DNA of 64,000 nucleotides from Octopus bimaculoides (Eukaryota), in assembly GCF_001194135.2 (NCBI RefSeq), contig NC_068990.1, positions 33,966,349 to 34,030,348 on the forward strand. The letters are read 5' to 3'. The translations under genes and the position numbers were made by a program. The notes beneath the pieces are model-generated. The model ran no database searches. It saw only the letters and a list, made by a program, of their open reading frames with translations, and was not told the DNA's origin. Of this stretch, positions 25,367 to 38,820 are shown piece by piece (position 1 is the stretch's first letter; each line of letters opens with the position of its first letter).

Positions 25367-26477
25367 AGTGTGGGTGAAGAAGTTGAACTAAAAAAGAAAA
25401 AACTTTTGATTCAGTGCATAAAATGTAAATGTAAATTGAGCAATTAGAAAATCTGTAAACACTGAAATCAATAAAAACTGAGAACATAAAATTCAACGAA
25501 TTCATTCCTGAGTCTCATTCATAACTTTATGAAAATGAAGAACTTTGATGCCGGTGTGATCTGCAGATCTGCCTGTAGATTTTAGTGATTCCTAGATTTT
25601 GTCTTGATTGACCACAGAGGACTAAATCCAGATTCACACAAATATCATTGCAAATAGAGTGCAAATGCAGTTGGTCATTATAATCTCTTCAGGATTAGCT
25701 CTGTATATGCCGGATAATAAAGTTCTTATGTTTAATAGAATAAAGTTATCTTTAAGAGTTAACAATTTTATTCTGAAAGGCTCAATGCCACACCCACTGA
25801 AGGACCATCACGTACCCCCATGGAGTCAAGGAACAACTGCTTGGAATACTTGGACTTGTTAGAATGGAGGTAATGTAAAATAAAAATTGAGAACTAATGA
25901 AATAAAATATCCACAACAGACTTGAACTTATAATTTATGAATATATTAATAAACATCTTATTCACTCAGCCATTTCACATTTATGAAGAAGAAAACCATA
26001 TTATGTTATAAATATATGAGATTGTCAAGTGATCAACCAGCAACAACCTTGATAACAATTTATTCCACCAGGGCTGACAATTAATATTTTCAAAAGAATT
26101 AGCTTAAATGATGGAACGATCAAGCAGTATACAAGGCATCAAAGGCCACATTTTGCATTATTATTATTATCATTATTATTATTATTATTATCATTATTAT
26201 TATTACTATTATTGTTATTATTATCATTATTATTATTATCCAGCAAGAGTTTTTCTTTGAAGCTATTTTATATACTCCATATATCAGCCACATTTCTTCA
26301 AGCATTTCTACAACCATAATTAATCTAGATATCTAATTATTAGATCTTAGCACAATGACCATGTAATATTCAACATACACTAAGAGCGTTGAGTGTAATT
26401 CTTCAGATAGTTCCCATCTTCTCTAAGTCTACTCAAGCTCAACAACAACTAACAAAACTTTGTTATTCATAATAAGA

Positions 26478-26685
26478 AGCGATGAGATGGCAGAATGGTT
26501 AGCGCACTGGACAGAATACTCAGCAACATTTAATCTGCCTTTATGTTCTGATTTCGAATGCCACCAAGGTCAACTTTACATCCTTTTGGGGTCAATGAAA
26601 TAAGTACTAGTTGAGCACTAGGGTTGAATTAATCGACTAGCTACCTCCTCCAAAATTTCAGATCGTGTGCCTCTAATAGAAAGGG
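26478..26685 (+). mobile_element. SINE family B copy
   Basis: Homologous to 59980-60208. Confidence 0.75.
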
Positions 26686-26870
26686 TACTTCCTAAAATGG
26701 TAGCTACCGACTATAAATTCCCCTTGTGATCCATTTATCATTACTGGAATTAGGATAAGAAATGAAAGTAAAAACCAGCTTTTCCCATTTCTTACATTTC
26801 GCTTTTAAAATAGGATTTTGTTAAAAGGTTTCTGTGGAACTACTACAAATGACTCCAGAAGATGGCATAT

Positions 26871-27268
26871 TCTTTTATTCTTTTACTTGTTTCAGTCATT
26901 TGACTGCGGCTATGCTGGAGCACCACCTTTGGTCAAACAAATCAACCCCAGGACTTATTATTTGTAAGTCTAGTATTTATTCTATCGGTCTCTTTTGCTG
27001 AACCGTTAAGTAATGGGGATGTAAACACACCAGCATCGGTTGTTAAGCGATGGTGGGGGTGGACAAGCACACACACATACACACACACACACACACATGC
27101 ATATATGATGAGTTTCTTTCAGTTTCCGTCTACCAAATCCACTCACAAGGCTTTGGTCGGCCTGAGGCCATAGTAGAAGACACTTTCGTAAGGTATCACA
27201 CAGTGGGACTGAACCCGGAACCATGTGGTTGGTAAGCAAGCTACTTACCACACAGCCACTCCTGCACC
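26871..27268 (-). mobile_element. SINE family A copy
   Basis: Full-length reverse-complement copy. Confidence 0.85.
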
Positions 27269-30186
27269 TATATGATATTAATTTGCTAAGTAAATTATAT
27301 CTGTGTATGTAAAAATGTTGACAAAATCAGGTGAGGTAGTGCTTTAAGTTATACTTAATGCAAATGTGACAGCCATTCCACTCAGGTGAATAAAAGATAT
27401 GAGGTATCTTTTAGAAAAGTGGGTTTTATAAAATGAAAATGAGAATAATATAAGAGTGGAGTGGGACTGCAAAAGTTTGGAGAACAAGGAGATGATGATA
27501 ATAGATGAATAAACAAAGAATCAGTCTCTCAGTTTGAGAATCAGAAGCATGTATCTTGTTTTAGACTGATACATTTAATATACCACGAGCTGATCAATCT
27601 AAAGAAAAACAATTAAGAAAGTTACCAAAATATCTAAAACATTCTTGATTAGCTAAGCAGTTTACAGTAGTGAGATTAAACCTTCTTAGAAGAGTGTATA
27701 TGTGTTTGTACATGTTCATACATATATATGAACATGAACACATACACAGATACATGCACGAATGTATATATGAATATATACATATATATGTATATATATA
27801 TAGAGAGAGATAAGGGGGGGAGAGAGAAGGAGAGAGAGAGAGAATTATACAAATCCAAAGAAAAAATAACACACCCGCACATTCATGAATACACTTCAAT
27901 GTTAACTATTCAGGAGTAAGTAATCAAACAAAGACAAATAAAAGAAGAGAAAATGCAAAAAAAAACAAAAAAACTACCACTCATCTCAGTCCATCACAAC
28001 AACCACTAAAGTGGTTTATGACAGCTTCACGTTATCTCTTCATTAACAACCATCTGCTATTATTCACTACTTAAACAACATATATTAACATATATACATT
28101 AAACATATATACATTAAACATATATACATCAACAAAGAACTGAACCAAATCCTGCTGATTCAACCCTTATCCTTCATCAATAAGTGGCTACTACTGGAAC
28201 CAGCATCCACTGCAACATTATGATAATACCCATTTTCTATCAAGTGCTTTGTGCTTTGGCAACATAATAGTGATGCTACAGTTTATAAAGATCAGCAACA
28301 CCCTTATTACTGCTGAAATATTCCTATTAGATTCAAGAACTTATGAACTTCAACACACATAACTTGTTATCAATTACATCCACTTAACAAAACTGCTTTT
28401 CACCATGGCACTTACTTAGAAAGTGAGCGGTATTTTGCAGTCAATACAAGTGCTTGATGAGCTAGTTTGAAGCTTTTTACAGAACAATGGAGCAGCTATA
28501 CTCTCAGCTAATCTCATCTTCTATCATCACTACCAAACACTGCAAGAGTCTCAATAAATATTACCAAAATTACTCAATTCATTAAAACCTTTACAAAGCA
28601 GTGAAGATCTCAGTGGCTTTTTTTCCCCCCGTTTTTTCTCACCCTTTCTTTACCAAAATTTATTTCATTTCAACTGATGGGAAGAAGTTTCAGAAGAATT
28701 AAAGATTCAGTAAGAATTTAGTAGAATGGAGAATCCCCTATTGTTTTACAGTAGTTATAAGTCATGTAATAATTCATGTCAGAGAAGTGTAGCAGGTGAC
28801 ATGGCAGCAAGTTCGAAATGTTACAAGTGAGAGCATTTTTGAAAAGTTTATTATTGATGAGAGAAGTCAAGAGACTTTTTGGTTGGCTGTCCATCCATTA
28901 GAAAATAGAAATTAAAATACCACCAAAGTTTGACACTGACTAGTTGTGCTGAGAGATAAGCTCATGAACAGATGCATTGCCCCATGAAAAATAACATTTT
29001 TACAGAAGAATATTTCAAAATCTATACATATCATAATGTCACCTCTTGAATATTTAATGCATTATTAAACAAAGGCAATATGTAGCATTCCAGATATTCT
29101 GCAAAAATAATGGGTGCCCGAAGAGAAATCTACTTATTTCAGTCAGTTTTGTGATAACATGGTTTTTAGCAGAATAAAAACATTAATATAAACAGAAAGA
29201 AATCAATATCACAAACTACTGACAACTTTTATTGTTCACTTTCTAAGAAGATTCAGCAGAGCTGTATGCTACTAATCTACACAGAACAGAGAAGGTGCTC
29301 TCAAGGGAATTAGACAATTGTGAAGAAACTTTCAATTGATATTATTACCTGATCACAACACTGTCAAGTATTGTTCTGCTTCAATGAGCTGTTTATAAGC
29401 CGCAAACAATAAAAACTATTTGGCCGTTACTGCCTCTTCTTTTTCCTGCAGCTAATCTATTCAGTGTTGTTCTCTTGGCCAGTCTGGTGAGCCGTAATCT
29501 TCTAGAAGTGCTCGATCAATCAAGTTCCAAGAAGACCTTCCCATGAATAGGAAACATTTGAACCTAATTGTTTCATTAACATGATTACCCAAATCTAATT
29601 TCAGCTTTCGTTCTGTGACAATATATATGACAAGTTCTTTCATAATGGGAATTTACGTAAATAGAAGTTCTTATCAATGTAATATTTTAGACTTGGCTTC
29701 ATGAAATCTTGATCTTTAGCATAAAGGAAAAGATAAATGTAAAATAAAAAACAAAGTAAAAAAATAAAAAGATAAATAAAAATAGTAATATATATCTTTT
29801 TTCCACACTACTAGTAAAACATGAATTATTTCTTTTCAATTCCCACTTTAAAATTCATGAAAGTCACATATAAGATTAGATCAATGGTATTATTTAAGCA
29901 ACTTTCGCAACACATAAAAGAAGTGAAATAATTTATCCTTTAAATTTTCAACATCAATGCAACCTTTTCTTTTACAAAATGAATAGTTATTTTCACTGCT
30001 TCCTACAGTAGAAATTTAAAAGAGTTTTATGAACTAGAAACAATGCTGCAACACTCGTAACAGAATCACCATATATTTGCAATAAATGATATTGTATCAA
30101 TACTTCATTTCAATAAGAGAAAAATTTCAGAATTGGAAAAAAAATTAGATACAATGCGCGGTTCTTTGCTATATATACGTGTGTGG

Positions 30187-30219
<33 letters not shown>

Positions 30220-30475
30220 TGTGTGTGTGTGTGCGTGCGCGCGCGTGCGTGCGTAGCTGTATGGTTAAACAGTTTAGTTCCCAACACTGTTGTTCCAGGT
30301 TCAATCCCACTGCATGACACCTTTGGCAAGTGTCTCCTATTACAGCCCCAGACAAGCCAAAGCCTTGTGAGTAGATTTTGTAGATGGAAACTGAAAGAAG
30401 TTCACCATATATACATATATATGGTCAGCAGATCATATATCCAAAAAGAAGCACACTCTAAAGGATAGAACAGTA

Positions 30476-30651
30476 ATATATTTACATGTGGTTAAATATA
30501 TGTCCAGTCATAGAGTGACCAATGGTTTTGCATCCATAAAGCACTTAGCTTTATAGACAACTTGAGTCTGATGAGTTGTCTATAAAGCTAAGCACTTTAT
30601 GGATGTGAAACCATTGGTCACTCTCTGATTGGACATATATTTAACTGCATG

Positions 30652-30660
<9 letters not shown>
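30476..30660. repeat. ~185-bp near-perfect palindrome (hairpin MITE-like)
   Basis: 82-bp arms with 8 mismatches around an 11-nt spacer; TA-rich ends. Confidence 0.92.
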
Positions 30661-30730
<70 letters not shown>

Positions 30731-30947
30731 CATCGTCCAGTGTTTTAAATCTGGGGTTTTGTCCCCGTTAATGAGGGTAGCCAGATCTACCCTCACACCA
30801 TCTCACAATCTTGCCCTGTAGAGTAAGGAAGAGAAAGATAAATTGTGGCAGGCACCAGCAGGATATTGCCAAGCAGGCATGAACAGGGAGTGGGGAATGC
30901 TGTGACTGGTGAGTACCTGGGTATATAGAGGGGATGAGGAAAGCAAC

Positions 30948-31093
30948 GATACAGTGAGCAGGGTAGTGAGGACAGGGTTGGGGAGTGAGAGATAATCATA
31001 GTGTATGAAGAGGAAATGTGATACAGTGAGCAGGGTAGTGAGGACAGGGTTGGGGAGTGAGAGATAATCATAGTGTATGAAGAGGAAATGTGA
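30948..31093. repeat. 72-bp tandem duplication
   Basis: gatacagtgagcagggtagtgaggacagggttggggagtgagagataatcatagtgtatgaagaggaaatgt occurs twice. Confidence 0.9.
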
Positions 31094-31309
31094 GGAAGAG
31101 GAGATAGTTTGGGAGAGGAGATGTAGTTTGGTTTGTTGGGGTAAGGTGTGTGAAAATGTTATTGTTATGTGTAGGTGAAACACAATGCTTCCAGAACTCA
31201 GGTTCTCTGACGTGGACAAGTCTTCTCTAGAACCTCATATCGACAGACATTTCAGTCTATTGTCATTTCCTCCTTGAGCCCCAGCATCTGAGATTGGTCC
31301 TCACCACTT

Positions 31310-31520
31310 CATTCCATGTCTTCCTTGACCCCGCCTCTTCTGCAGGTACCATCCCCTTTCAGTGACCGGCACTTCTTTATACAGTCATCTTCATTCATAT
31401 GCATTACATGCCCAAACCAACATAGCCTCCTCCCTTACCTGTTGCATTTGATTCCTGTTATGCCCAACTTTTATCTCAACACATTTGCACTTTGTCGTTC
31501 ATGCACATTGATACTGCACA
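31310..31520 (-). mobile_element. RTE C-terminal fragment
   Basis: Reverse complement gives WMCSINVHERQSANVLR*KLGITGIK...EERLCWFGHVIHMNEDD-like sequence. Confidence 0.7.
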
Positions 31521-31559
31521 TCCAGTGGAGCTATATTTTCATAATTACATATTATTAGG

Positions 31560-31691
31560 AATTCTATGAACAAACTGCTAAAAATAATTTTTGTATTGTA
31601 GAAGTATAACCAGTTTATTGCACATAAATTTTAACAACAAAATCTTATACAGACCCCGAAAGGCTATACAGACCCTGGTTGAGAACCATTG
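31560..31691 (-). mobile_element. One end of a hAT-like MITE
   Basis: Reverse complement begins caatggttctcaaccaggg, resembling the CAGTGGTTCTCAAC hAT terminus. The other end was not found. Confidence 0.45.
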
Positions 31692-31950
31692 AGCTAAACA
31701 GATCAATAGACAGATAGATAGACAGGTAGGTAAATAAGCAGACAGAGAATCACAGTTATAGAAATACTTGGTTAAGTAAAAGCAGTTTGGAAACGAACAG
31801 TATAACATCATTTGTTGAACACATGCAATATTTATCTAACACTATACTATATATTATAAAATGCTTTCCCATACTAAGATATTTAACAGCTCTGAAGCCA
31901 GCATCTTTAAACAATAGCTATCTAATCATGATCATTCTTAATTTTAGAAC

Positions 31951-32210
31951 TAATATTTATTCCCACTTAAATGGGGATGTTCTGTTAGAACAAACTATAC
32001 TGCAGTAGATACCATGAGCGGAACTCTCATATTGGCTTTTGGTGCAAAAAGCACTCTCTTATCACTAGCACACTTGTTTATATTGATAGCAATATAAACA
32101 AGAGAGTGCATATTGCATCAAAAGTCAATAAAAAAGTTTCTCTCATGGTATCTACCAGAGTATAGTCTGTTGTAGCAGAACATTCACATTTAAATGAGGA
32201 TAAATATTTA
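31951..32210. repeat. ~260-bp imperfect palindrome (hairpin MITE-like)
   Basis: Arms ~120 bp; the centre is a perfect 13-bp stem, cttgtttatattg-ATAG-caatataaacaag; 15-nt insertion in the left arm. Confidence 0.88.
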
Positions 32211-33780
32211 CCTCTCAGTATTAATACTGCCTCTGTTGCTAATATATACTTCTTAATTTTAGCTTCTTCAAATCAAACTCCGCTTTACTCTTTAAACCCT
32301 ATTCTAAAATGGAAAATGGAAAAATAAAAAATAAATAAAAAAAAAACACGCAAATAGATTCTGAAAGAGAACGATGGTGCACTGTTGTTACCTGATTCTC
32401 TTCCCCATGGGAACAAATGAGAGAGGAAGTATAAACATCTAACATAAATATGAACGTGATTTCAAGTTGAAAAAACAGATAAACATTGGTTCAATATTTT
32501 TTAATATTTTTTTAAAAATCTATTTTTGTATTCTAGAAAATAACACTAAGAATGAAATAATGGATAAAGCTGTATTATAGTATTGGTAGATATAAGAGCT
32601 TGGTAAAGTTTGATCAACTGTGATTGATGTGACTTATGTTGCATTATCACCAAACAACCAACCAAGAGGCCAGGTTAAGATTCCTTTTACTACAGAAATA
32701 TGCTGGACACGCTATATTACAATGGTTCACCGTGTGAAGTGTAGAATGATAATTAGAATGATATCATTATTTTCTTTATCATTTTACAGCTAGTTTTTTT
32801 TTTCCATGATGGTATGGGTTGGACAGACTTTTTAAGATAGCGTTTTATTGCTCAATACCCATCCTGTTGTCAACCATTTAAGTGGTCTTTTATGACAAGC
32901 TTGGATGCAGTCTCACTATTCTAAAACTTCTATAGATACTAGATAATGGGTAATTAATACTAGCAAATGGTGTAACTAATCTACTAACCAGCCTGTTTAA
33001 AAGCTATGGAACAAAGACAAGCTAGGTTGACTCAAAGAGTTTCAACTAACAGGGTATATTAGAAGTAGATGCCAACCAAAAGCTGAATCATAAGTCTATT
33101 GTGACAATCAATAATGTAACTATTTTGGTGTGCATGTGCTTTAGAAATTTGTCTGAATCAGATGTAAGAGAGAATGTTATAGTTTGATTTTAGTATATCT
33201 AAATGTTTGTGCATGATGAATAATATAAAGCTGTGAATATTATTGCTCACACATCAGCCATCAAATCTATCTAAATGTCTGTTTGTCTACTACCATCACC
33301 ATTCCTTTCATCTAACATATATCAACCACAAAAACATTATGGTTTTTTTTTTATTTAGTTTTTTTTATTTTTTTTAATATAGTTTGTTTTCTCAGTTGAG
33401 TCTGTTCTGGTAACACAAAACTATTGAACATGGAAATCACAATTTTGCTTCATTACTGAACTAAATAACAAATAACAAATAAATAAATAAATAAATAAAA
33501 CATTTCTTGTTTTTCAAAATTTTGCTTTTGGAGTAAATTGTTTTGATATGCGTTGCAACATGTAAAGAAGCATAAACAACAAGAACATATACAAAAAAAA
33601 GAAAAAAGAAATCAATAACAATAAATGCACAAATAAACACAATTTCTGCCAAATATTTCTGGTTGTAATACTTTAAACACAGCACACAACTATACTCAAA
33701 TACTGACCATATATGCATAGAAAAAAAAAAATTCCTTTTATTCTAGTGGTTAATGTTAGTGGTTAATATTGAGTGAAATA

Positions 33781-34050
33781 TTGGGTTGTCCGGAAAGTTT
33801 GTGCCGATTTATAGTAGCTTACCTTTCGACTTATTTGCCATGAAACCACCTCAATTCTGGGAAGNNNNNNNNNNATTTGCCATGAAACCACCTCAATTCT
33901 GGGAAGAGGGTATTTTCAAGTTAAAGGAAAGATGGAGACACATTGTGCAACAAAATGGTTCATGTTTGGTTGATTAAAAATGTAATGGTAAGTATATATT
34001 GACCTTTTTCTTTCCTTTAAAAATCAGCATGAACTTTCCGGAAAACCCTA
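33781..34050 (+). mobile_element. Internally deleted mariner (Tc1/mariner) element
   Basis: TIRs ttgggttgtccggaaagtt / aactttccggaaaacccta flanked by TA on both sides. Encodes the transposase C-terminus FAMKPPQFWEEGIFKLKERWRHIVQQNGSCLVD*. Confidence 0.88.
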
Positions 34051-35266
34051 TATATTTTCCAATTTTATAATGTGATGAGAAGTAAGGGTTCATTTTAATC
34101 ACAGCCCTTCTTGTTAATACTAATTTGTAGTTTTGTTCTATGTTGTTGTTGTTGGCACTCCGTCGCTTACGACGTCAATGGTTCCAGTTGATCCGATCAA
34201 CGGAACAGCCCGCTCGTGAAATTAACGCGCAAGTGGCTGAGCACTCCACAAACACGTGTACCCTTAATGTAGTTCTCGGGGATATTCTGTTCTATGTATA
34301 GTCCATGTAAAAAGGATGTGCACAACCTGTAATGACAAAGAATTAATCTTTGAAATTTAGAAGTTTGAGAATTGGTAGGATAAGATTGGGAACTGGAATA
34401 GTATTTAACCAATCTTATACATGTGTGTGTGTGTATGTGTGTGTGTGTTACATGTACGTATAAGTACAGGTGTGGCTATGTGACTAAGAAGTTCATTTCC
34501 CAATCAAGTGGTTTCAGACTCAGTCCCACGGTGTGGCACCTTCGGCAAGTGATGTGTTCTGCTGTGGCACCTGGTTAACCAAAGCCGTGTGAGTGAATTT
34601 GGAAACAGAAAGAAGTGTGGGTGCGCATTTGTGTCACCTCATGTTAACATCATGCAACAGTGATAAATGAACACTATCGTCAATCATGTGATGTCCCTCA
34701 TTTCAGGTGTTCCATAGAAAAATGCCTGACTATGGGGGGGGGGGAGAAATATTACCTTGCTCAGAAACAGGTGCGAGTTGACGACATGAAGAGCACTGAG
34801 CTATAAGAAAGAAAATCTACCNNNNNNNNNNGAAAGAAAATCTACCTCAATGAACTCTGACTGACCCATGCAAACAGGGAAAAGTGGATGTTAAACTGAT
34901 GATGATGAGGAGGAGGAGGAGGAGGAGGAGGACAAATATTTATCAATAGTTCCTTAATTTGTGCAAATGTTTACTTGAAACAGTCCTCATATTAGAGATT
35001 ACATGTGTCAAGTATTTTTAATTACCAGTAAAAGTCATTGACATTTTCTATAGAAAACCTAGGATTTAGTTTCTGTGTCTGCAGCTCACTTCTGTAGAAT
35101 GAAATACAAGACAATACTCTTTCATATCAATATAATAAACATTGTTTGGAGCTGTTGTTAGTCTCTTATAAAATACCTCTGTTTATCACTTAAAAAGAAA
35201 AAAAAAAGTTATAAATAGCCTGTGATCTCTAAGAGGTGTTAACCGAAATATCATTAGTAAATCATG

Positions 35267-35302
<36 letters not shown>

Positions 35303-35809
35303 GGAGACATATAAGAGATAAGGCATGTGAAATTCAAAGCAGCAGTGTGGTAAGATGGAAAGAATCAGAACAGTTACCACTACCAATAAATTACACTTAA
35401 AAGGAATTAAAGATACACTTCCCTTCAAAAATTTGCATTTACAACCTCATCAAAAGAAATTATTGTATGATGATTTTGCTTGTAGCAATAATAGTCAACA
35501 AGTATCATCATCATCATCATCATCACCACATTCACCAGCACCACCACCAACAGCAACAACATCACTGCTAATACCATCATCATCAGTTAACTCTACTTTT
35601 CCATGCTTGCATGGGTCGGGCAAGGTTTATTTGAGGCAGATTTTCTACAACTGAATGAATGAATGCCCTTCCTGTCACCAACCCTCATCTGTTTCAAGTA
35701 AAGTAATATTTGCCCATGGCCAGACATGTTCTTGCAGAATATTCGGAATGCATGACTCAGACTTCAAACTTAGGGCTAGATAAACTCAGAGACACAATAC
35801 AGTTTGGAA

Positions 35810-37970
35810 AACTAAGATATGGAGACTTAAAGATCCATTATACAGTCAGAGCTTCGTAAATGTTCTGATTAAAGCATTTGACAAGAAGGGGGAGGAGATA
35901 GTTATGTATAGCATAGAGGACAATCCACTGAAGGCTACAGACCAAATCTGTGGTTGGGACAAAGTTTCAGCCAGACTTAGGGTGACATAGTGGTGGAACA
36001 GTGAGGTATACAGGGCCTTAAGGGCGAAGTGATGGGCTTGGAAAGACTGGTAAAATAGAGGCAGCAAAGAGCTACATCAGATAGCTAGAAGGGAAGCTAG
36101 TTGACAGGATTACTTAGCAAGAGCAGAAGCAATAAGAAAGAGGTTTTCCAATGTCTTACAGCATGAGGATTAGAGACGTGAGGCGTTCTGGATTGCTAGA
36201 CAGTGGATCAGAGAGAATTGAGATGTAGTGGGAGAGAAGTGTGTATGGATACACTATGTTATGCTTGTATTTAGTGATTCTGAAAAGAAAGAGGTGTGGA
36301 AGAGTTACTATGAAAGGTTATTAAATGAGGAGAATGAATGGGAGGAGACCAACCATCCTAGTGGACAGCGGTATGGTAGATAAAGCAATTAAGGCTATGA
36401 AGACAGAAAAAGCCTCTGCTGTATTGGAAATTACCACTGAAATACTCAAAGCAACTGGCAGAGTAGGATACAGTCTATCATCTATATTGGTAATCAGATT
36501 ATTCAGAAAAATGTCATCCCGAATGACTGATGTAGCAACCTTTTATCCAGTTGCTACAAGGATAAAGGAGATGCTTTAGTTAGGAGTAATTACAGAGGTG
36601 TCAAATTGCCAAACCAGGTCATGGAAATTATAGAGACAGTTATATACCAATTAATTAAAACTGGAATTACACTAGCTTAATTGTGTATCAAAGAAAAGTA
36701 CCACTGATGATATCATATCTTCTTAGACAACTACTGAAAAAGTATTTAGCTAAGAATAAACCACTGTACTTGGTATTTGTTGATCTGAAGAAAGCATTTG
36801 TGAAAATCCCTTGTTCTATGATTTTGGTGGTCCCCGATGGAGCTAGAGATAGATGAATGACTTCTGAAAGCTGTACAAACCATGTACAAAGGAAACTGTC
36901 GGTAAAGTGAGAATTTGTACAGGTACAAATTTAGAGCATAAGTAGGCATTCACCTGGTGCCATAACAGAAGAATTTAAGACCAGCTGCCCATGGGAACTA
37001 CTGTATACTGATGGTCATGCACTCATAGCAAAATCTGTTGTGGAATTGGATAAGAAATTCCAAAAATAGAAGTAAAACCTAGAATTAAAGAGCCTTAAAG
37101 TTAACTTAGTTATGACCAAGGATCTAGTAAGCAAAACAACTGACAGAACTAAACTCCTCTGAGGTAAATCCCACCCACCATCCTTCATTTTGGTATGTAG
37201 CAAAGTTGTAGGCAGGAATGTTATACAGTTTACCAAATGCAAGCTATGGATGCACAAGAGCAGTGGAATCTCAGGAAAGTTGACAGAGGAGGTTTATGCT
37301 TGTTTATGGAAGAGCCATAAAGATTAAAGGTACATAGGGAATTGATTTTCTCAGATACCCAGAGGCTCCCTAGAGGCATTAGATAAGTTATGTTACTTAG
37401 GCAACATAATTAGCAATGGACATGGATGTATGGAAAGTAGTAATTGCTAGAATAAGAATAAGATGGAGAAAATTAAAGAGAGCTTTTATTCCTGATGGTA
37501 ACAAAAGTTTTCTCTCTCCATGTGAAAGGATGATTGTATGATGCTTGTATACAAATGGCAATGCTACATGGTAGTGAATCATGGACCCTGAAAGCAGAGG
37601 ACATGCAAAGACTAGAGAGGAGTGAAGCTAGTGCTCTCTGTTGGATGTGCAAAGTCAGTGAGCAAGTACAAGAAATTCCTAGTGTATTGAGAGAAAAGTT
37701 GGGCATAAGATGAATTAATTGTAGTGTACATGAGAGAAGACTTCACTGGTTCTTTTCATGTGATGCATATAGATGTGGACATTTGCAAAAAGAGGTACTG
37801 ATTGCTTAAAATAGATGGAACACGTAGAAGCGGGGACCCAGGAAAATATGGACAAAATATTGAAGGCCGATCTCAAGACACTGAGCCTTACAAAGGAGAT
37901 GACAAAGGGCTGAGATGACTAGTGTTTTGCTGTGCTCAAGAAGACTCACCTATCACAGCAGAAATTATAT
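35810..37970 (+). mobile_element. Decayed RTE-clade LINE (linker, RT domain, C-terminus)
   Basis: Frameshifted remnants: WWNSEV linker (~35990), LVFVDLKKAF (~36770), decayed YADD as LLYTD (~37000), CTKCKLWMHKRC-like motif (~37235), C-terminal KADLKTLSLTKEMTK. Confidence 0.85.
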
Positions 37971-38260
37971 CCTAAAACCACCTTGGTTATGTTTGTATAT
38001 GCGGGGGGGAGCTCTTCCCCCACCCAGCTCTCTGTGCCCTGTCAAGTATTTCCCCCACATTTCATTTCCCACTGCTTATCACTACTCTACCTATGGTACT
38101 ACATGGCTGCTGTAATCATGTGAGAGCAGAATCAGCACATACTACATCCTCTGCCTCCAGGTGACCTTCCTTCTTTTTCCCCCTTGGAACCACCTCCCTT
38201 TCTCATTATCATCCTTGCCCACACTATTTCCACCAATCACTTTCTTTCTCTGCCTAAAAT

Positions 38261-38500
38261 TGTGGAGGTGCATGGTTTAGTAGTTAGGGAGTTGGAGTCA
38301 TAATCGTAAGATTGTGGTTTCCATTCCTGGGCCAGGCGACATGCTGTGTTCTTGAGCAAAACACTTCATTTTATATTGCTCCAGTCTACTCAGTTGACAA
38401 AAAAGAGTAATCCTGTGATGGACCAGTGTCCCATCCGGGAGGAGAATATATACACCATGAAACTGGGAAACCAGCCCTTAGGAGTTGATATAACTCAAGA
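38261..38500 (+). mobile_element. tRNA-derived SINE with a V-domain-like block
   Basis: Family C head, then ctgtgatggaccagtgtcccatccggga, resembling the ctgcgatggactggcatcccatccaggg motif of V-type SINEs (recalled). Confidence 0.6.
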
Positions 38501-38820
38501 AGGTAACTTACTTACTTCTGCCTTCAACCATTGTAACAGGCTTCTTTCAGTTCCTGCATACTAAATCCACCTGTAAGGTTTTGCTCAGCCCAGAGTTATA
38601 GTAGAAGACACTTACCCCAGGTTCCATACACTAGGACTGAAACCAGAACCATGTGGATGGAAAATGCCTATTCTCGTGCTTACTGTTATTATTAAATATT
38701 ATTTCTCACTGCTGATGTTTTATATATATACATACATATATATGTAAGCACATACATACATACACATATATATATGCACATACATACATACACATATATA
38801 TATATGCACATACATACATA

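Noticed and set aside
30520-30615. CTGATGA...GAAAC hammerhead-like core in the centre of the palindrome
   Set aside because: Stem I does not close next to C3 (7 unpaired nt) and stem II needs a bulge and several wobbles. The pairing is a by-product of the palindrome.
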